A stretch of DNA of 64,000 bases from Eimeria praecox (lineage: Eukaryota): NCBI GenBank assembly GCA_963920595.1, contig OY986947.1:5642001-5706000 (forward strand), written 5' to 3'. The notes under the pieces are model-generated. The model saw only the letters and a list, made by a program, of their open reading frames with translations, searched no databases and had not been told where the DNA came from. Positions 28,084 to 40,533 of the stretch are shown piece after piece; position 1 is the stretch's first letter; every line of letters starts with the position of its first letter. A program made the position numbers and the translations under genes.

Positions 28084-28969
28084 GCTAGTTGAGCACACTG
28101 CAATTGTCGAGAAACTGCTTGCTAACCAGCCATCCCTTCCCTTTCCACTTCATGGAAAATAACACGTTTTGTAACAGTTAATCGGTTTTTGCACTTCACA
28201 CCACATTGCTGGAAAAAAGTTTTCAAATAAAGTGTATTTGCACTGAGGCTGGTGGGCAAAACAGCATTAGGCGCCATTTTACGACAAACCCACACCGCAT
28301 TCGATAGCAATTAGGCATGTGTAAGATAGCAGTGGAGGTATTATGTAATAGATATTACAATAGTTCGTCAATGAAACATATCTATCCATGGTCTCCCCTC
28401 AGCTTGACCAAACAGAAATTCTGCATCCATATATTTAGATTTATGATGCCATGGAACAACATGAGTAAAGCCGACGGGAAAATAGCCACCACCGAGCATT
28501 TGACGAATTTCGGAAATGCCATTGATTAATCCGCGGATTAGGAAGGCTGCGGGCTGCACGGAAGCATTCGAATAGCTGTCTTTGTTGTTCTGCAACCACC
28601 CAAGAATCCTCGGAAGCAGTTCGTAAAATACAATTGGAGAGAGAGTAAATAATCCGGCGCATATCCATAGCCTGAAAACAAGCATCACACTTGCAAATAA
28701 TGTTCAGATTACAACCTGGGTGTTCTTGCCCCTATAGGGGGCGACGATATGCCGCGAAAAAGGGAGGCTAGTCTCCTTGTTGGCATATCCTAAACATATC
28801 TAGTTCGTTACAGTATTCTCAAATAACACGGTCCATCGGCAGTGGCCTTTGGGTTTTCGGCCGTGTCACTTCTAAGGATTGTGAAAGTGTCAAATTGAAA
28901 ACCATGAGTGATCAAGTACCAGAATGCCGATCACGGAACACCTCTTAACGCTTCACCCAGTTGACAGAC

Positions 28970-30196
28970 TCACCGGCCTGAATATTGTAGTGCAGTGCTG
29001 AGTGTAGGGAGCCTTCCCGCCAACGAGAATGCTTGGAAATATATTTTCTCCTTATACTCATAGTGCACCCTGGAAGGGAAATTCCCACCAAACTTTTGCT
29101 GTAATCTGTCACTAGGAGTATGCAATTTAACTTGAGGAAAGGTGAGGGCGAAACAGCATAGACTCCCGTAACATTCTGCTGCTCCATCAGCTGTGGTTCG
29201 GAAGTAAGGGTTAGACGTCACTGCGATGCCATTGCACCAAAGAACATCAGGGAGAAGTATGGGGGGAAAGCTTATTCGGAAAATGGCGTGGGATACCACA
29301 GTTGATGAACCACCAGCGGAGGGTACGCTGTTGACTCCGCATTGTCTCGTCTCATCGCAACCTGCAGTACGGCACACGGTACTCTGCAGAACCTGGATGC
29401 AAAGCTTAGCCTTGCCAGTAGCTGTTGTTCCAAAGAGCTCAGTGGCAGAACGTAAGGGAGGCCCCACAACGAAGCATTCCACAAAGCTGTGGATCAACTG
29501 GAGTTCTAAAAGCCTCTGGAAGCTAGCATATGCAGCTTCTGACTTAGCCACAATATTAAGGCCGATCCAAGAATCTTCTAGGTGGAATATAACCCCAAAG
29601 TTGTGCTGGCGAGAAGAAAGCAATGGAAAGTATTCTTGAGGATGCTGTTCTTGCAGGAAGGTGGCAAGCGATTCAGCACCAGTCAGCTCATGAAGGTCAC
29701 ATACAATGTTGCCTGTCCTTCCCGTCTTGGTCGACGATGGCCTGCAAATAGACTTCTTTACCACCCAATAAGCTTTCTGTTCATCAACCACTGCTGGGCC
29801 CTCGCAGTTTTTCAAGCAGGAAAGGCCATGATCAAGCCTACTGTGCATGCTGCGATTAGAGATTCTGTAGGGGTTTCTTGAAATTCTGGCATTCGAATCA
29901 GTCGTTCCCTTCGCAGTCTTGCTTACAAGCTGTCTGACCACACGGTAACGAGGGGAGTATCGTTGCTTCCCTGTTTCTGAATCTAAAGGTACGGTAACTA
30001 GATCTACAACTGCGTTTTCAGACACAGGCAAACGTGAGTTAATCATTGTTGTATCCCTTGGACGTCCACCATATACTGGTTTTGAGATGAGCACCTGACT
30101 ACCACAATGAAGGCTTGGGAGTGCCAACGATGGGAATGCTGGCTCCATCGCTGCGGCTGGTGGGCTTACAACAGAGGACTTCTCGATATTATTCAT
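28970..30196 (-). CDS. RluA/RPUSD-family pseudouridine-synthase-like protein with a degenerate catalytic motif
   Basis: 408-aa ORF with VDEQKAYWVVKK (motif I-like), FGVIFHLEDSWIGLNIVAKSEAA (motif II-like), VECFVVG, VLWCNGIAVTSNPYF and LCCFALTFP. It may splice onward to ORF 28368-28688. Confidence 0.6.
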   Translation of the reverse strand: MNNIEKSSVVSPPAAAMEPAFPSLALPSLHCGSQVLISKPVYGGRPRDTTMINSRLPVSENAVVDLVTVPLDSETGKQRYSPRYRVVRQLVSKTAKGTTDSNARISRNPYRISNRSMHSRLDHGLSCLKNCEGPAVVDEQKAYWVVKKSICRPSSTKTGRTGNIVCDLHELTGAESLATFLQEQHPQEYFPLLSSRQHNFGVIFHLEDSWIGLNIVAKSEAAYASFQRLLELQLIHSFVECFVVGPPLRSATELFGTTATGKAKLCIQVLQSTVCRTAGCDETRQCGVNSVPSAGGSSTVVSHAIFRISFPPILLPDVLWCNGIAVTSNPYFRTTADGAAECYGSLCCFALTFPQVKLHTPSDRLQQKFGGNFPSRVHYEYKEKIYFQAFSLAGRLPTLSTALQYSGR

Positions 30197-30869
30197 CTTT
30201 TTATGCAGATATAATAGTTAACCGTATATTTCGTCGGTGTTTTCATGCATAGAGATTAAACATGATAATCGTCAGCTCTGCCGAAGCAGGCATCAGGGTC
30301 ACTTGGGCGTAAGGCGAGCTTACTTTTATTCAGTTTCAGGTTAGTGTATGGAATGCCATAAGACCTAGTATTAAAACACGTTTAAGGAGGATGCACAGAT
30401 TTGTCATGCGAACGCTATACCGGAGCATGCAGAACTGCAAACCAGAGCGTGCATGTCTTATGCTAAATAGTTAGCACCGCTGCTTGAAACAGACTTGCAC
30501 AAAAGCTCATATTGGGAATGTTGGCCGGAGCCGAAACTGTATTGAGCGTTGCTCAAGGTCCATTATGCAGTCAATGTGCTGCACTTCTCAGCACTTGCGA
30601 GGACCACCGTCCATCGGAGGGAAGCCTCTTTTACTTTCATACAATAGCAAAGTCAGAGCAGTTTTGTATCAGTTACTTTTGACGCTTTTTCCTACGCAAT
30701 CAGAGCAACAAGCTCGCTCGTTGGACTCCTGATGGGCGCTCGCCTCTGTCCGTACACCCGAACAGCCAATTCGTCAGTCATCTACCGAAGCATTTTCATT
30801 TTGACTGCTAGCCATAATTTCTCACCTTGGCTTACCTCAAATAACTGAACCCACAGACAGCCAGGTACA

Positions 30870-33258
30870 ATGCGTTCCCTTCTGGTCGTGGTCGGCCTAG
30901 CGGGCTGCAGTTCCTTCGTTCCAACCGATGCAAGGCATCGGTTTCTGAGTGAAACACTCGAAGAACCTGAAGATGTGATGCTGAAAACAGCAGATCTTCA
31001 CACTAATCTACTGCGTGAACCTCCCATGACAATCAAGCTAGACAACAGATACAAGTTCACTGGTCTTGGCGAGCTAGTCTCACAGCTGATCGATCATCAC
31101 ACTACAATGGGAAGCGTTGGTTCCTCTGGAACGATGGCCCGGCAAAAGCTACTCAATTACCACAACAGCCAGTATTTTGGAGAAATAAAGATCGGAACCC
31201 CTGGCAGAAGATTCGTTGTTGTAAGTTGCCAGTTCAACTGCACAGAAGCCGAACATTTACAGATTCCCTTCAATTTCAGGTTTTTGATACTGGTTCCTCA
31301 AACCTTTGGGTTCCCGCAGCGGAATGCGAGAAGTAAGAGACATCTCGTCATATATTTAGCATCGAACCTTCCCCTATACGTATATGCAGAGGAGGATGCG
31401 CCCCCCACGAAAAATTCGACCCCAAATATTCCAGCACCTTTTCCCCCATACGGTCGCTGACAGGAGACCCAGCAGTCGCATTCATACAAGTACGTCTTAT
31501 ACTTCCTTAGCGACCAAAATACGCTTCCCAATGGCTTTTTAAGTACGGAACAGGAGCATGTGTTCTTCGAATGGGTCGCGACATCGTAGAAATCGGCGGC
31601 ATGTAAGGAGAATTCATTTTGTTCGCAGTGAAGCACCTCTATTCTGCTTTCCAGTAAAGTGCCTAACCAGGCAATTGGCCTGGCTGTCGAGGGTAAGCTC
31701 TGACGGATCCGCTGCCATCTCTGAATCGAACTTATATTCCCTTGCTTCAGAATCAACTCATCCGTTCGCGGATCTGCCCTTTGACGGGCTGGTTGGCCTG
31801 GGATTCCCCGATGTGTCCGGGGAGGAGGGGCTTCCGTCAAGCGCACTTCCCATTGTTGATCAAATGGTCAAGGAGGTTCGTCAGTGCTGGTACACATCAA
31901 CAAGCCCCTTGACTCTACTTCACGCCTGTTCAGAAAGTCTTGGACCGGAATGTGTTTTCTGTCTACATGAGCGAAGACATCAATCGGTAAGAATGCTAAA
32001 TATATGAGCATCTCCCCGTAACGGGCTATTTAATGAATCCGCAGACCTGGAGAAATTTCGGTAAAACGCCTCCACCGTACCATTAGGAAGATCAGCTGCA
32101 TTTGTGCCTTAGTTTGGAGCAGCGGACCCGAAGTATACTTTCGCTGGGCACACACCTAAGTGGTTCCCCGTCATCTCTCTTGGTATGCTGGTCATCCCCT
32201 AATTGTTTAGAACACCGTTTTCATTATTGTGCTTCTTTCAGACTACTGGTTCGCATCTACTTAAGGCCAAGTTTTATGGAAACATGCTAACATTAGTGAA
32301 ACCACAGGGAGATTGGCCTCCACGGATTGAAGATAAATGGAAAATCCTTCGGCGTATGTGAAAAACGTGGATGCCGCGCAGCCGTCGACACTGGGTCCAG
32401 TTTGGTAAGCGATTTGAAAGAAGCATTACACACAGCACTTCCTTTACTGTTCGTGCAGATAACAGGACCATCATCTGTCATCAATCCCCTCATCAAAGCT
32501 CTGAACGTTGCTGAGAACTGTTCCAATATTGGAACCTTACCAACAGTGAGCTAACAGTTCTGTTGCCGAGGTACTTCAAGAACTAAATTGTGTTTCCAGC
32601 TCACATTTGTTCTTAAAGACATATACGGAAGGCTTGTACACTTCAGCCTCGAGCCAAGGGATTATGTAGTAGAAGAGCTTGACGCCGTAAGCACCACTGG
32701 ATCCACAAATATCAAAAACTGGCACCTAAATGCCACTCAGAGAGGAAACCCTAACAACTGTGCAGCTGGATTCATGGCTATGGTAAGCTCATATCACACA
32801 CTTGCGCATTTCAAAAGGCTGGCCTAAACATTCTCTCAGGACGTGCCAGCGCCTCGTGGACCCCTTTTCGTGCTCGGAAATTCCTTCATCAGGAAATACT
32901 ACAGTATATTCGACCGCGATCACATGGTAAACAACATTCAGTGAATTAGAACAAAGAATTGTTTAATAATTGAGTGCGTGGCTTCAGATGGTTGGATTCA
33001 TGCGGTAAGCATATCACGCTCGTCTGCGGTAACTACTACACTACGTAATTGATGGTCTTGTAATCAATGCGTTAATGGTTTAGGGCAAACCACGAAGGTA
33101 CGTCCAACATGAAACTTCTAAAGCACCGCATCTCCACCAATAATGGATATGCAGGTTCTGGACCGCTCATCAAGGGGTATCCATCCTCCGCACCATCGGT
33201 GTCGGCGTCGTGCCTTGTTGCAGCCAGCGCTGCTGCATTCGCGCTCGCCCTGTTTTGA
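30870..33258 (+). CDS. Eimepsin, pepsin-family (A1) aspartyl protease; 17 introns; hydrophobic C-terminal tail
   Basis: Signal peptide; NYHNSQYFGEIKIGTP; VV|VFDTGSSNLWVP; YGTG; FDGLVGLGFP; AAVDTGSSL|ITGP; FVLGNSFIRKYYSIFD; ends CLVAASAAAFALALF*. Confidence 0.95.
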
Positions 33259-33773
33259 ACGCTTGCCGAACAGTCTGCATGTGTAAAGTTGCGATAAGTG
33301 CCATCTTAAGCACACTGCGGACACACCGTCCATTCAGTCCTCTACTCTCTCGAGCGTTTCACCCTGAGTGTAATACACAACAGAGGCAGTTGCTAGAATA
33401 TACATAGTTCAGTGAAACAAACGCAACCGCTAGCTGTAGCTAAAAATGTTCACTGCAAAGCACAATACGTACGTAGAGATTAAACCTTCGCCGTTTTCGT
33501 TCCGGCTCGCTGGACAACTGTTCGAATAAATCATGGGTCCATTTTCCATCTGCATTGCTAGCCGCTGCGCGCATTCAAACACTGATTGAGGTGAAGATTT
33601 GCCACGGAGGAAACAAACGCATTCAAACACGTCTGCAAGCATCAGCAGCAGAGCAAACACATACCTGCCGCATTTCGTCTTTCCTGTAACCCTCGCCCCA
33701 CGAATCCAGCCTGCCAGGAGACCAAACAATCGAAAACAGAATAGCGATGAACCATGAAAGGGTCTTAAGACAA

Positions 33774-36188
33774 TTACGTCGACCACCAGCGTCTTACCGT
33801 TTTTCGGTTCCGTTCCGCAGCCGGCTGAATGTGAATTGGCGTCCTTTTAAAAAGGCGTTGATTGGGCGGACCTGAGTGCTCGAAGATCCCGTTGTGCAGC
33901 TGCACACGCTGAGATTCGTATGGATTTGCGTTCCTCGGATATTGCTGCCCAGGAAGCAATAGATTTCTATCACCACGTCTGGCTACCAGGCGCACAGATC
34001 TTCCCGTGCTCATAGGATGCAGGGGTTGCGGGAAATCAAAACGTTCATCTCTATCCAGCCGGTTCCATGCAGTGGGGCCGATGGGCTGAAATCTATTCAT
34101 GCCCGGAAGAAACCGGTGGCCTCTTTCGCGAAGGAAGCCCTGGTTCCTTGAGTAAGCTCTTGGGGACGGTCCTCGATACGCCCTAAAGGCCTCTGCAGAC
34201 TCTAATGGAGTTATAGGCTCCGTGGTCACAATTCGTCGTTTTACAGGTATTCTGTCAGCTTCTGCGTTGCGCCAAATTTCCTCTGAAGGCAGCCTTACAC
34301 GCTGGGTGCCTAGTTCATCTGTTGTCCGCGAACAATTTATGGCTGTAGGGGCCATGTTGTTAGCGCCAGGAGTTTCTACAGGCCGTCCATCGCACTGCCT
34401 CTCATCGTCAAGTCCTGGTCCTTCCGACAGCCGCCTTTCCTCATGCCGCTGCGTTGGCGAGCAGTGGTCGCGCTGGGTCACAGAAGGCGGAGGCTGTTCC
34501 TCCACTTTGGTTGGTAGTTCGTCTTGTGCTTGAACCAGCTCTCCTTCCTGTGCGCAACCTTTTTGAACGCATACTCCGGGGCCTCTAGAAACTGCTGTCG
34601 CCTCAGGCAAATGCGTACTCTTCTCTGGAGCAGGCTGCTCGGTTGCTAAGGGTGCCGCGGGGCAGCTAGGCTCATGCTCCTTGCCCTCGTGCCGTTCACC
34701 TTCGGGAACCCCTGTCCTGACAGACGGGGAGCGTGAAGCAGATGGAGACTGTCTAACCCCTGCACAAGCCTCACTCGTAAGGCGTGGCGCTACTGCCGGC
34801 GCTTCATCCGCGCACCTTTCCCTTGAAGTGTTGTCATCTGACCGCTTTGGAGAAGTTTCCTGTTCGGATGCTAGTTTCTCCTGAGGGCCTAAAGATGGCC
34901 TCGCTGAATTGGCTTCTCTGCTGTCAGTCTTAAAAGCCCGAGAAGAAACGAGGTCAGGGGTCGGACAGTCAGCAGACCGGCAAAGGGACCTACTCCGTGA
35001 AGGCACTTCCGCCTGATTTGAGTGCTTGCTTGCTTCAACAGCAACCATTTCCCTTGATTCGCTCTGATACGCTTGGTGTGATCGATCTATCGACCGTGAC
35101 GGGCGCCTCAGGGCCCCATCTATTTTCATTGTGGACTCGCCAGGGGACAGCCGACGTGTGCCTTTGTCGTGGTCCGGAGAATGGCGAGCCGCTCTTTCAA
35201 CAGTTTCATTCTCCCTTCTCCTGCACCCAACTGGCGATCGTCGCGTTAGGCTTCCCTCGGGAACTTGCGAATGCCTACTCGCATTGGCAGTTTCTGCGCA
35301 TCTATCCCCACTTCCCGACCTTCGGCTAGGCCTGCTCTCATTGATCGGTGAACGCCGGCTGGTGGCTGTTGCACGTCGTGCCCTCGCCCAGCTGCCTGAC
35401 CTGCTGGCACTTCTTGACCACTTTGAATTTCGTCCTTGCGATCGTGAACGTTGCCTTGGATGTGATGCCTTGCTCCCTCGCGGCGTTCTCGGTGAAGGCC
35501 TACGGCTTCGGCTGTGCTGGGACACGCTCCGGTCTTCAGAACGACGCGTTGGGGCGTACTTATCTGTTCGCCGCGTGTCAAGCTTGTTTGAAGGTGGGTC
35601 ATACTGGTCGACTCCACGTCCCTTTCGAGGATCCGTACCTGGAGAAATGTAATTTCTGTTCCGGTCGTCGTGCCTCTCCCGGTACCTGCCTCTCGACTCC
35701 GAACGTTGGCTCACATCTCTCCGGCCCGCCTGCTCCCCCCGCAAAGGACTCTTGCGTCGACCAGCGCGGGATGGGCTGCGAGAAAGTGCTCGATTCACCT
35801 CTCTTGACCGTAGGTAAGAAGCTCGGCTGCCGAACCTTGCAGAAGGAGCATCGTTCCTTGTATACCTCTCGTTTCTGTGAACAGACTCCGCGCTTCTGCT
35901 GCGACGTGGCAGCGGAGAGCGGCTCCTGCTGTGCCGATAAGGTGCGTTACGTCCGCTTTTGTATTGACGTAGGTCTCGCCCACAGCGTGCTCCGGAAGGA
36001 CTTCTGCGCCGGTACTTGTCACTGTAATCGGGGCTCCGATTGCGATACGCACGCCGCGAATAGTCTGCTCCCCTATAGGGCCGATCTGGGCTTCTGTAGT
36101 CTCCCCGAGCGCTGCGGCGCGGCACGTAGTTCCTAGACCTGCCTCCCGAAAGGCTCCTTCGTGGCTCAGAGCCCCGATCATAACCCAT
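33774..36188 (-). CDS. Arg/Ser-rich low-complexity hypothetical protein (~804 aa)
   Basis: Long uninterrupted ORF from ATG 36188 (MGYDRGSEPRR) with many RS/RSP repeats. No RRM recognised. Confidence 0.75.
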   Translation of the reverse strand: MGYDRGSEPRRSLSGGRSRNYVPRRSARGDYRSPDRPYRGADYSRRAYRNRSPDYSDKYRRRSPSGARCGRDLRQYKSGRNAPYRHSRSRSPLPRRSRSAESVHRNERYTRNDAPSARFGSRASYLRSREVNRALSRSPSRAGRRKSPLRGEQAGRRDVSQRSESRGRYRERHDDRNRNYISPGTDPRKGRGVDQYDPPSNKLDTRRTDKYAPTRRSEDRSVSQHSRSRRPSPRTPRGSKASHPRQRSRSQGRNSKWSRSASRSGSWARARRATATSRRSPINESRPSRRSGSGDRCAETANASRHSQVPEGSLTRRSPVGCRRRENETVERAARHSPDHDKGTRRLSPGESTMKIDGALRRPSRSIDRSHQAYQSESREMVAVEASKHSNQAEVPSRSRSLCRSADCPTPDLVSSRAFKTDSREANSARPSLGPQEKLASEQETSPKRSDDNTSRERCADEAPAVAPRLTSEACAGVRQSPSASRSPSVRTGVPEGERHEGKEHEPSCPAAPLATEQPAPEKSTHLPEATAVSRGPGVCVQKGCAQEGELVQAQDELPTKVEEQPPPSVTQRDHCSPTQRHEERRLSEGPGLDDERQCDGRPVETPGANNMAPTAINCSRTTDELGTQRVRLPSEEIWRNAEADRIPVKRRIVTTEPITPLESAEAFRAYRGPSPRAYSRNQGFLRERGHRFLPGMNRFQPIGPTAWNRLDRDERFDFPQPLHPMSTGRSVRLVARRGDRNLLLPGQQYPRNANPYESQRVQLHNGIFEHSGPPNQRLFKRTPIHIQPAAERNRKTVRRWWST

Positions 36189-37035
36189 CGTCAGAGCAAA
36201 CCACAACGGACAGCGGGTCACAGCGGGTCACAGGAAAGTACTCATCAAACTGCGGTACGCTGCAGAAACGTTAGCAGCTGCCAATACCAACCGGCCTGCG
36301 CGCCTCTTTGCGAAGCCTTTGGTTGACGCACGCGTCTCAGATGCTACTGTGCGACTACCGATGCCTACGCCTCAGGCCTTGGTGAAGTTTGACACGGCTT
36401 CACGGAAGCTGCCACCGCTTTCGCTAAGAAGTCTAGTGGCCCCTGTGTAATAAAGACTCGGATATCTAACCCTCTCACAGAGGACCCGGGGAATGAAAGC
36501 CTTCTGCTCAAAACCGCGTACTGCAGCCCCTCCAGTGAACAGACTTGAGTGGAGCCGAGTGTCAAAGTTGGGCCACGTGGATGGAGGCGGAGCACCGAAA
36601 GCAGCAATTTTCTGCGTTATCCTTCAATATGAGTGAGACAAAGAAAGGCGGGCAGCAAACAATCCAGCAAAGCTGAAGCTTGGGCCCTCCTGCTGTGGCA
36701 TGCAGTGGGAGACATGATTCAAGGCGCAAGGCCAGCAGCCGAGACGAAATCCTTTCCCCACGTAATCCTGGCTTTCGTAAGCCTTTAAAACACACGGGTC
36801 TTTGTTCATTCTCTCAGAGTTGCTGCACCAAAGAGTGCAGCCCCATCGGCACCGGGTGGCCGTGAAGACGGCTGTGCCCAGCCACAGCCCCACAGAAAGA
36901 AATGCATTTCCTTTTGTTTAACCCTCGTAGTTGTTACATATATCCACTTGTTAAGTAAATTGCTGCACTAATCTTATTCTCTCGCAAAAAGTGAGTTTCA
37001 GGCCAGCCTTCGCCCATTTACGTCCTACGGCAGCG

Positions 37036-40000
37036 ATGGTTGACATGGCCTCCAGTTCAAGGCGGGTTGTGCTACCCATGGGCGATGACATGCATACGCA
37101 CTTGCGGCAAGGGGAGCTCATGGATGCTGTAGTTCCTCTTCTTCGCAAAGGAGGATGGTGAGGATGCTAAACCCCAACTTGGCAACCCTCGAACGACCTC
37201 GACCTAGCAACGAGCGGAGCAGCGATGAATCGCTACCGAGCTGTCGATGCAGTAAGGGCAGAAGGGTGGACTCCTTTCGCCATCTCACTCGCTTTGCTGT
37301 GCGGCTGCAGTAACCGAGCCCTGGTGATGCCCAACACAGTTCCCCCGATTGTGACGTGCTCACAGGCACTCGAGTACAGAAACGAACTGCTGCTGAGGGT
37401 GAGTATTTGCTCCCCAGTCAGTCTTTTCGCAACTGCCTTCCTCATGTTGCGGGGTGTCCATACGTCTGCAGCGGTGCCCGCACTGGTGTAACAGACGATT
37501 TGTGGTAGTGCGGTGTGGGCACGTACGCGCCGTGGCGGGTTTTGCAGGACCCCACAGCGGATTACCTGATGACTCTGTATCTGTGCCCTGAAGTCGACCC
37601 CCATGATCTAGCTATCAACGCAAAGGCTTCGCACGTTGTTGGAGTGGGCGGTACTTTCGTATTTTTAGCCACGTATAGCACTCGGTCTGATTATACTACT
37701 CCAGCTGCTTCTGCTGCAACCCTTCCTGCTCGCTATCTGTTGGAGCCATCAGCAGCATTGCATAGGATAATGCAGAATGGAGGAGTTGCCAGCTTACCAG
37801 AACTCATTGGGCCCTCTGGACTGCCTTGTCCTCCTGCGCCTTGCAGGTCAAATTATACCCGCGCGGTGTCACCACAAACTCTGAGGCGGGCGTGGAGGTC
37901 AGCAGTTCCCTCATTCCTGCAAATATTCTCTCTACCACTCTTGCGTTGACTTATCTCTTGATTTGGGTGGCAAGTGGCATCTGAGCGTTATCCTGGAGCA
38001 GGCGGTCTGTGCCATCTCGGCTGTTTGCATTGGGCTGTCTGCAGGACCTGGCGGCGTTTAATGATGTGTTTGAAGTGCTCCAGCGGTGCGGATTAACTCT
38101 GCACATTCACGCGGAGTCTCCGAGAGCTCCGGCACTCAAAGCGGAAGAGATGTTTTTGCCGATATTCGAACAAGTCCGAGATCTTTCGCCCCTACACACA
38201 TACTGCCCTGCACAACCCGCGCACTTCCTTGCTACGCCTCTGCAGCTGCTGCAACCTGAATGGCGGTGGTCTATTGAAGGACGAAGCAAAACAAATAGAT
38301 TTGGCAAATTAAACCAGCTGCTTGTGTTGCTGCTATATGTGCTCGCCAGATACACTTGCGCTTTCCGGATTTGAAGATTGTTTTTGAGCACATATCCACG
38401 GCTGCTGCGGTCGAAGCTGTCAAGGGAAAACGGAACGTCGCAGCCACCATCACTGCACACCACCTCCGGGTGCGAAGCCGAAAAACCGGTGTTCCATGAA
38501 ATGCATTCTGAACCATTCCATGGAATATGTTAAGAATTGTTTTGCGGAAATATGCTGGCTATATAGCATGCTAGGGGATGTGCGATGAAATGTGTTGTAA
38601 GTGTGCTCGTCTGTGTTACTCGGGCTCCTTGTCTTTTGGTGCGTTAACGTAAAGGCAGGCGTTACAACCCTCTGCTTTTACCAGCGCCAACAACACAGTT
38701 GCCGATTTGCCCGGATAGTCACGCAGGCTCTGAACTCTTAACGAAAAGGTGCCTCCACTAGCCTTGCTCTCTAAATTCCAGGTTCCACTCTGTGGCTGTT
38801 TGGCGCTGCAGCTGACAACAGAAGACGTGTGGGATCCAGCTGAAGTTGCAGATAAGCCTAACAATGACTCTTTTGCGGGAGCCGAGGAACGCCGCGTGCT
38901 ACATCCGCACAACTTTTGCAAGCCGATAGCCAAGAGTGAAAAAGACCGTCAAGCACTTTTAAGCGTAAGCGAGCTCAGCCTACCCAATCACCAACCCCCC
39001 TTCCCCATCTCTGATAACTTTGCATTGTTCATCCACATCTGAACCAGGAAAATTTTCGCTTAAGCCGCTTTTCAGCCATATGGGGTTTCACTGCACGGTG
39101 TATCGGTCTTCTTGTACTTGCAGGTGATTCGCGAGGGGAATCCCCAGTTCTTTCTCGGCTCGGATTCAGCTCCTCATACCGTGTCCGCGAAGCATAAATA
39201 CATTAAGAAAACATGAAACGAGGGAGTGTACCTAAAGTGCAGTAGAGTGGAGTGGAGATGAAGTGATGTAACTTTAATTGAAGTAAAATGAGAGGAGTAA
39301 CATGAGTTAAAATGGAGGACAGCAAACAGCTTACAGTACAGTAAGTTCACGTTAGGGTAGGTGAAGTGCAGCGCAGTTAAGTCCAATAGAGTGAGCTGAA
39401 GTGAAGTGTAGTACAGGAAATAGAGTGAAGATCAAGCACACTTGTGCACACTCCAGTACATTGATGGCAAACAGCTGTATGATTAGCAAGAGGAAGTTCT
39501 CTCCGCCTTACTAACTGCAGGAAGAAGAAGGACGCAAACCCTCCAGCAGCGGGCGTCTTTACGCAGCCATTTCTCCTAGCGGTAAACCCACACTTGCTGT
39601 GTTCTTGTGCCTAGCCACAACAAAAGAGCACCATTGTAACGGCGGAAGAGCATCACAATAGCTGCTTATTTGCACTGATCGAGGATAGTTATAACATGAT
39701 ACACTGTTAGGTTGTTTAGTTTAGAATGCCTTTGTGATTTGTTTCCTTGGAATATTGAGGCATTTAATTCTTTATGGAGGCTTAAGGGTATATGCGCAGT
39801 GCAGTCGGCCGGGAGGGGTGCGCCTCTGTATTTCACTTCGAATTGAAAGGGAGCGGGCGTTTAAATGTTGGTTTTGTTTGCTCCACAGTACCTCGCGGAC
39901 ACTTTCGCTCGCGCGGGATGCCTGGACAAGCTGCGGGGCTTCGCCTGTGAACATGCAGCAGCCTTTTTCGGTTTACCTAAGAAAGGTATATGCCCGATCT

Positions 40001-40533
40001 GACACTCATAACTGGTTTAAGCACATGCATGTTGGCTTTGCGATGTTTCTGAAGATATGGCGGTCGCCCTGTCTGAAACACATTAGGTTTGTATTTAAAC
40101 ACAGCCTTATGTAGAAATACATGCATAGCCTTTGAGGCAACCCACAGCACCCTTTTTCCCAAGCGAGCCGTTTTATGCTTATGGCTTGCGGCTCATGGCA
40201 GTGCTTCTATTGTTTGATGTTAACTTTTTTGCTTACTTGTATGTGCTGAACAGAATTGATAGAGGGGGAAGACTGCGTCGTGCTGGAACGAAAACCTTTC
40301 CCGGTAGGGTCGGCGGCGCCTTAGACTTGAAAGGCAAAATCAATTAGTCAGCGCCTGTGCCTGCAGAGTTGAGCACAAGATACCTTGGGCTTGATTGATA
40401 TCTGCAGGTCCCGAAAGCCGTCTGCGGTGTGGAAGGGTCTGGCAGCGAAGTGGTACCTTTCCTGGCCGGTTGTGAACTCCTTTTCACCGTCAACGTTGCC
40501 CCCTTCACTGCAGATTTAGAGTCTGGTCAATAG
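37036..40533 (+). CDS. pyrC: Dihydroorotase (homodimeric type II, pyrC-like), multi-exon
   Basis: DDMHTHLRQG, ALVMPNTVPPI, MTLYL, VKLYPRGVTTNS, LHIHAE, IVFEHIST, AATITAHHL, PHNFCKPIAK, FFLGSDSAPH, VVPFLAG. Confidence 0.95.
39228..39432 (+). repeat. Degenerate ~5-nt-period purine-rich satellite (AGTGA/AGTGG/AGTAG) in a dihydroorotase intron
   Basis: aaagtgcagtagagtggagtggagatgaagtga... gagtgagctgaagtgaagtgtagtac. Confidence 0.7.
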
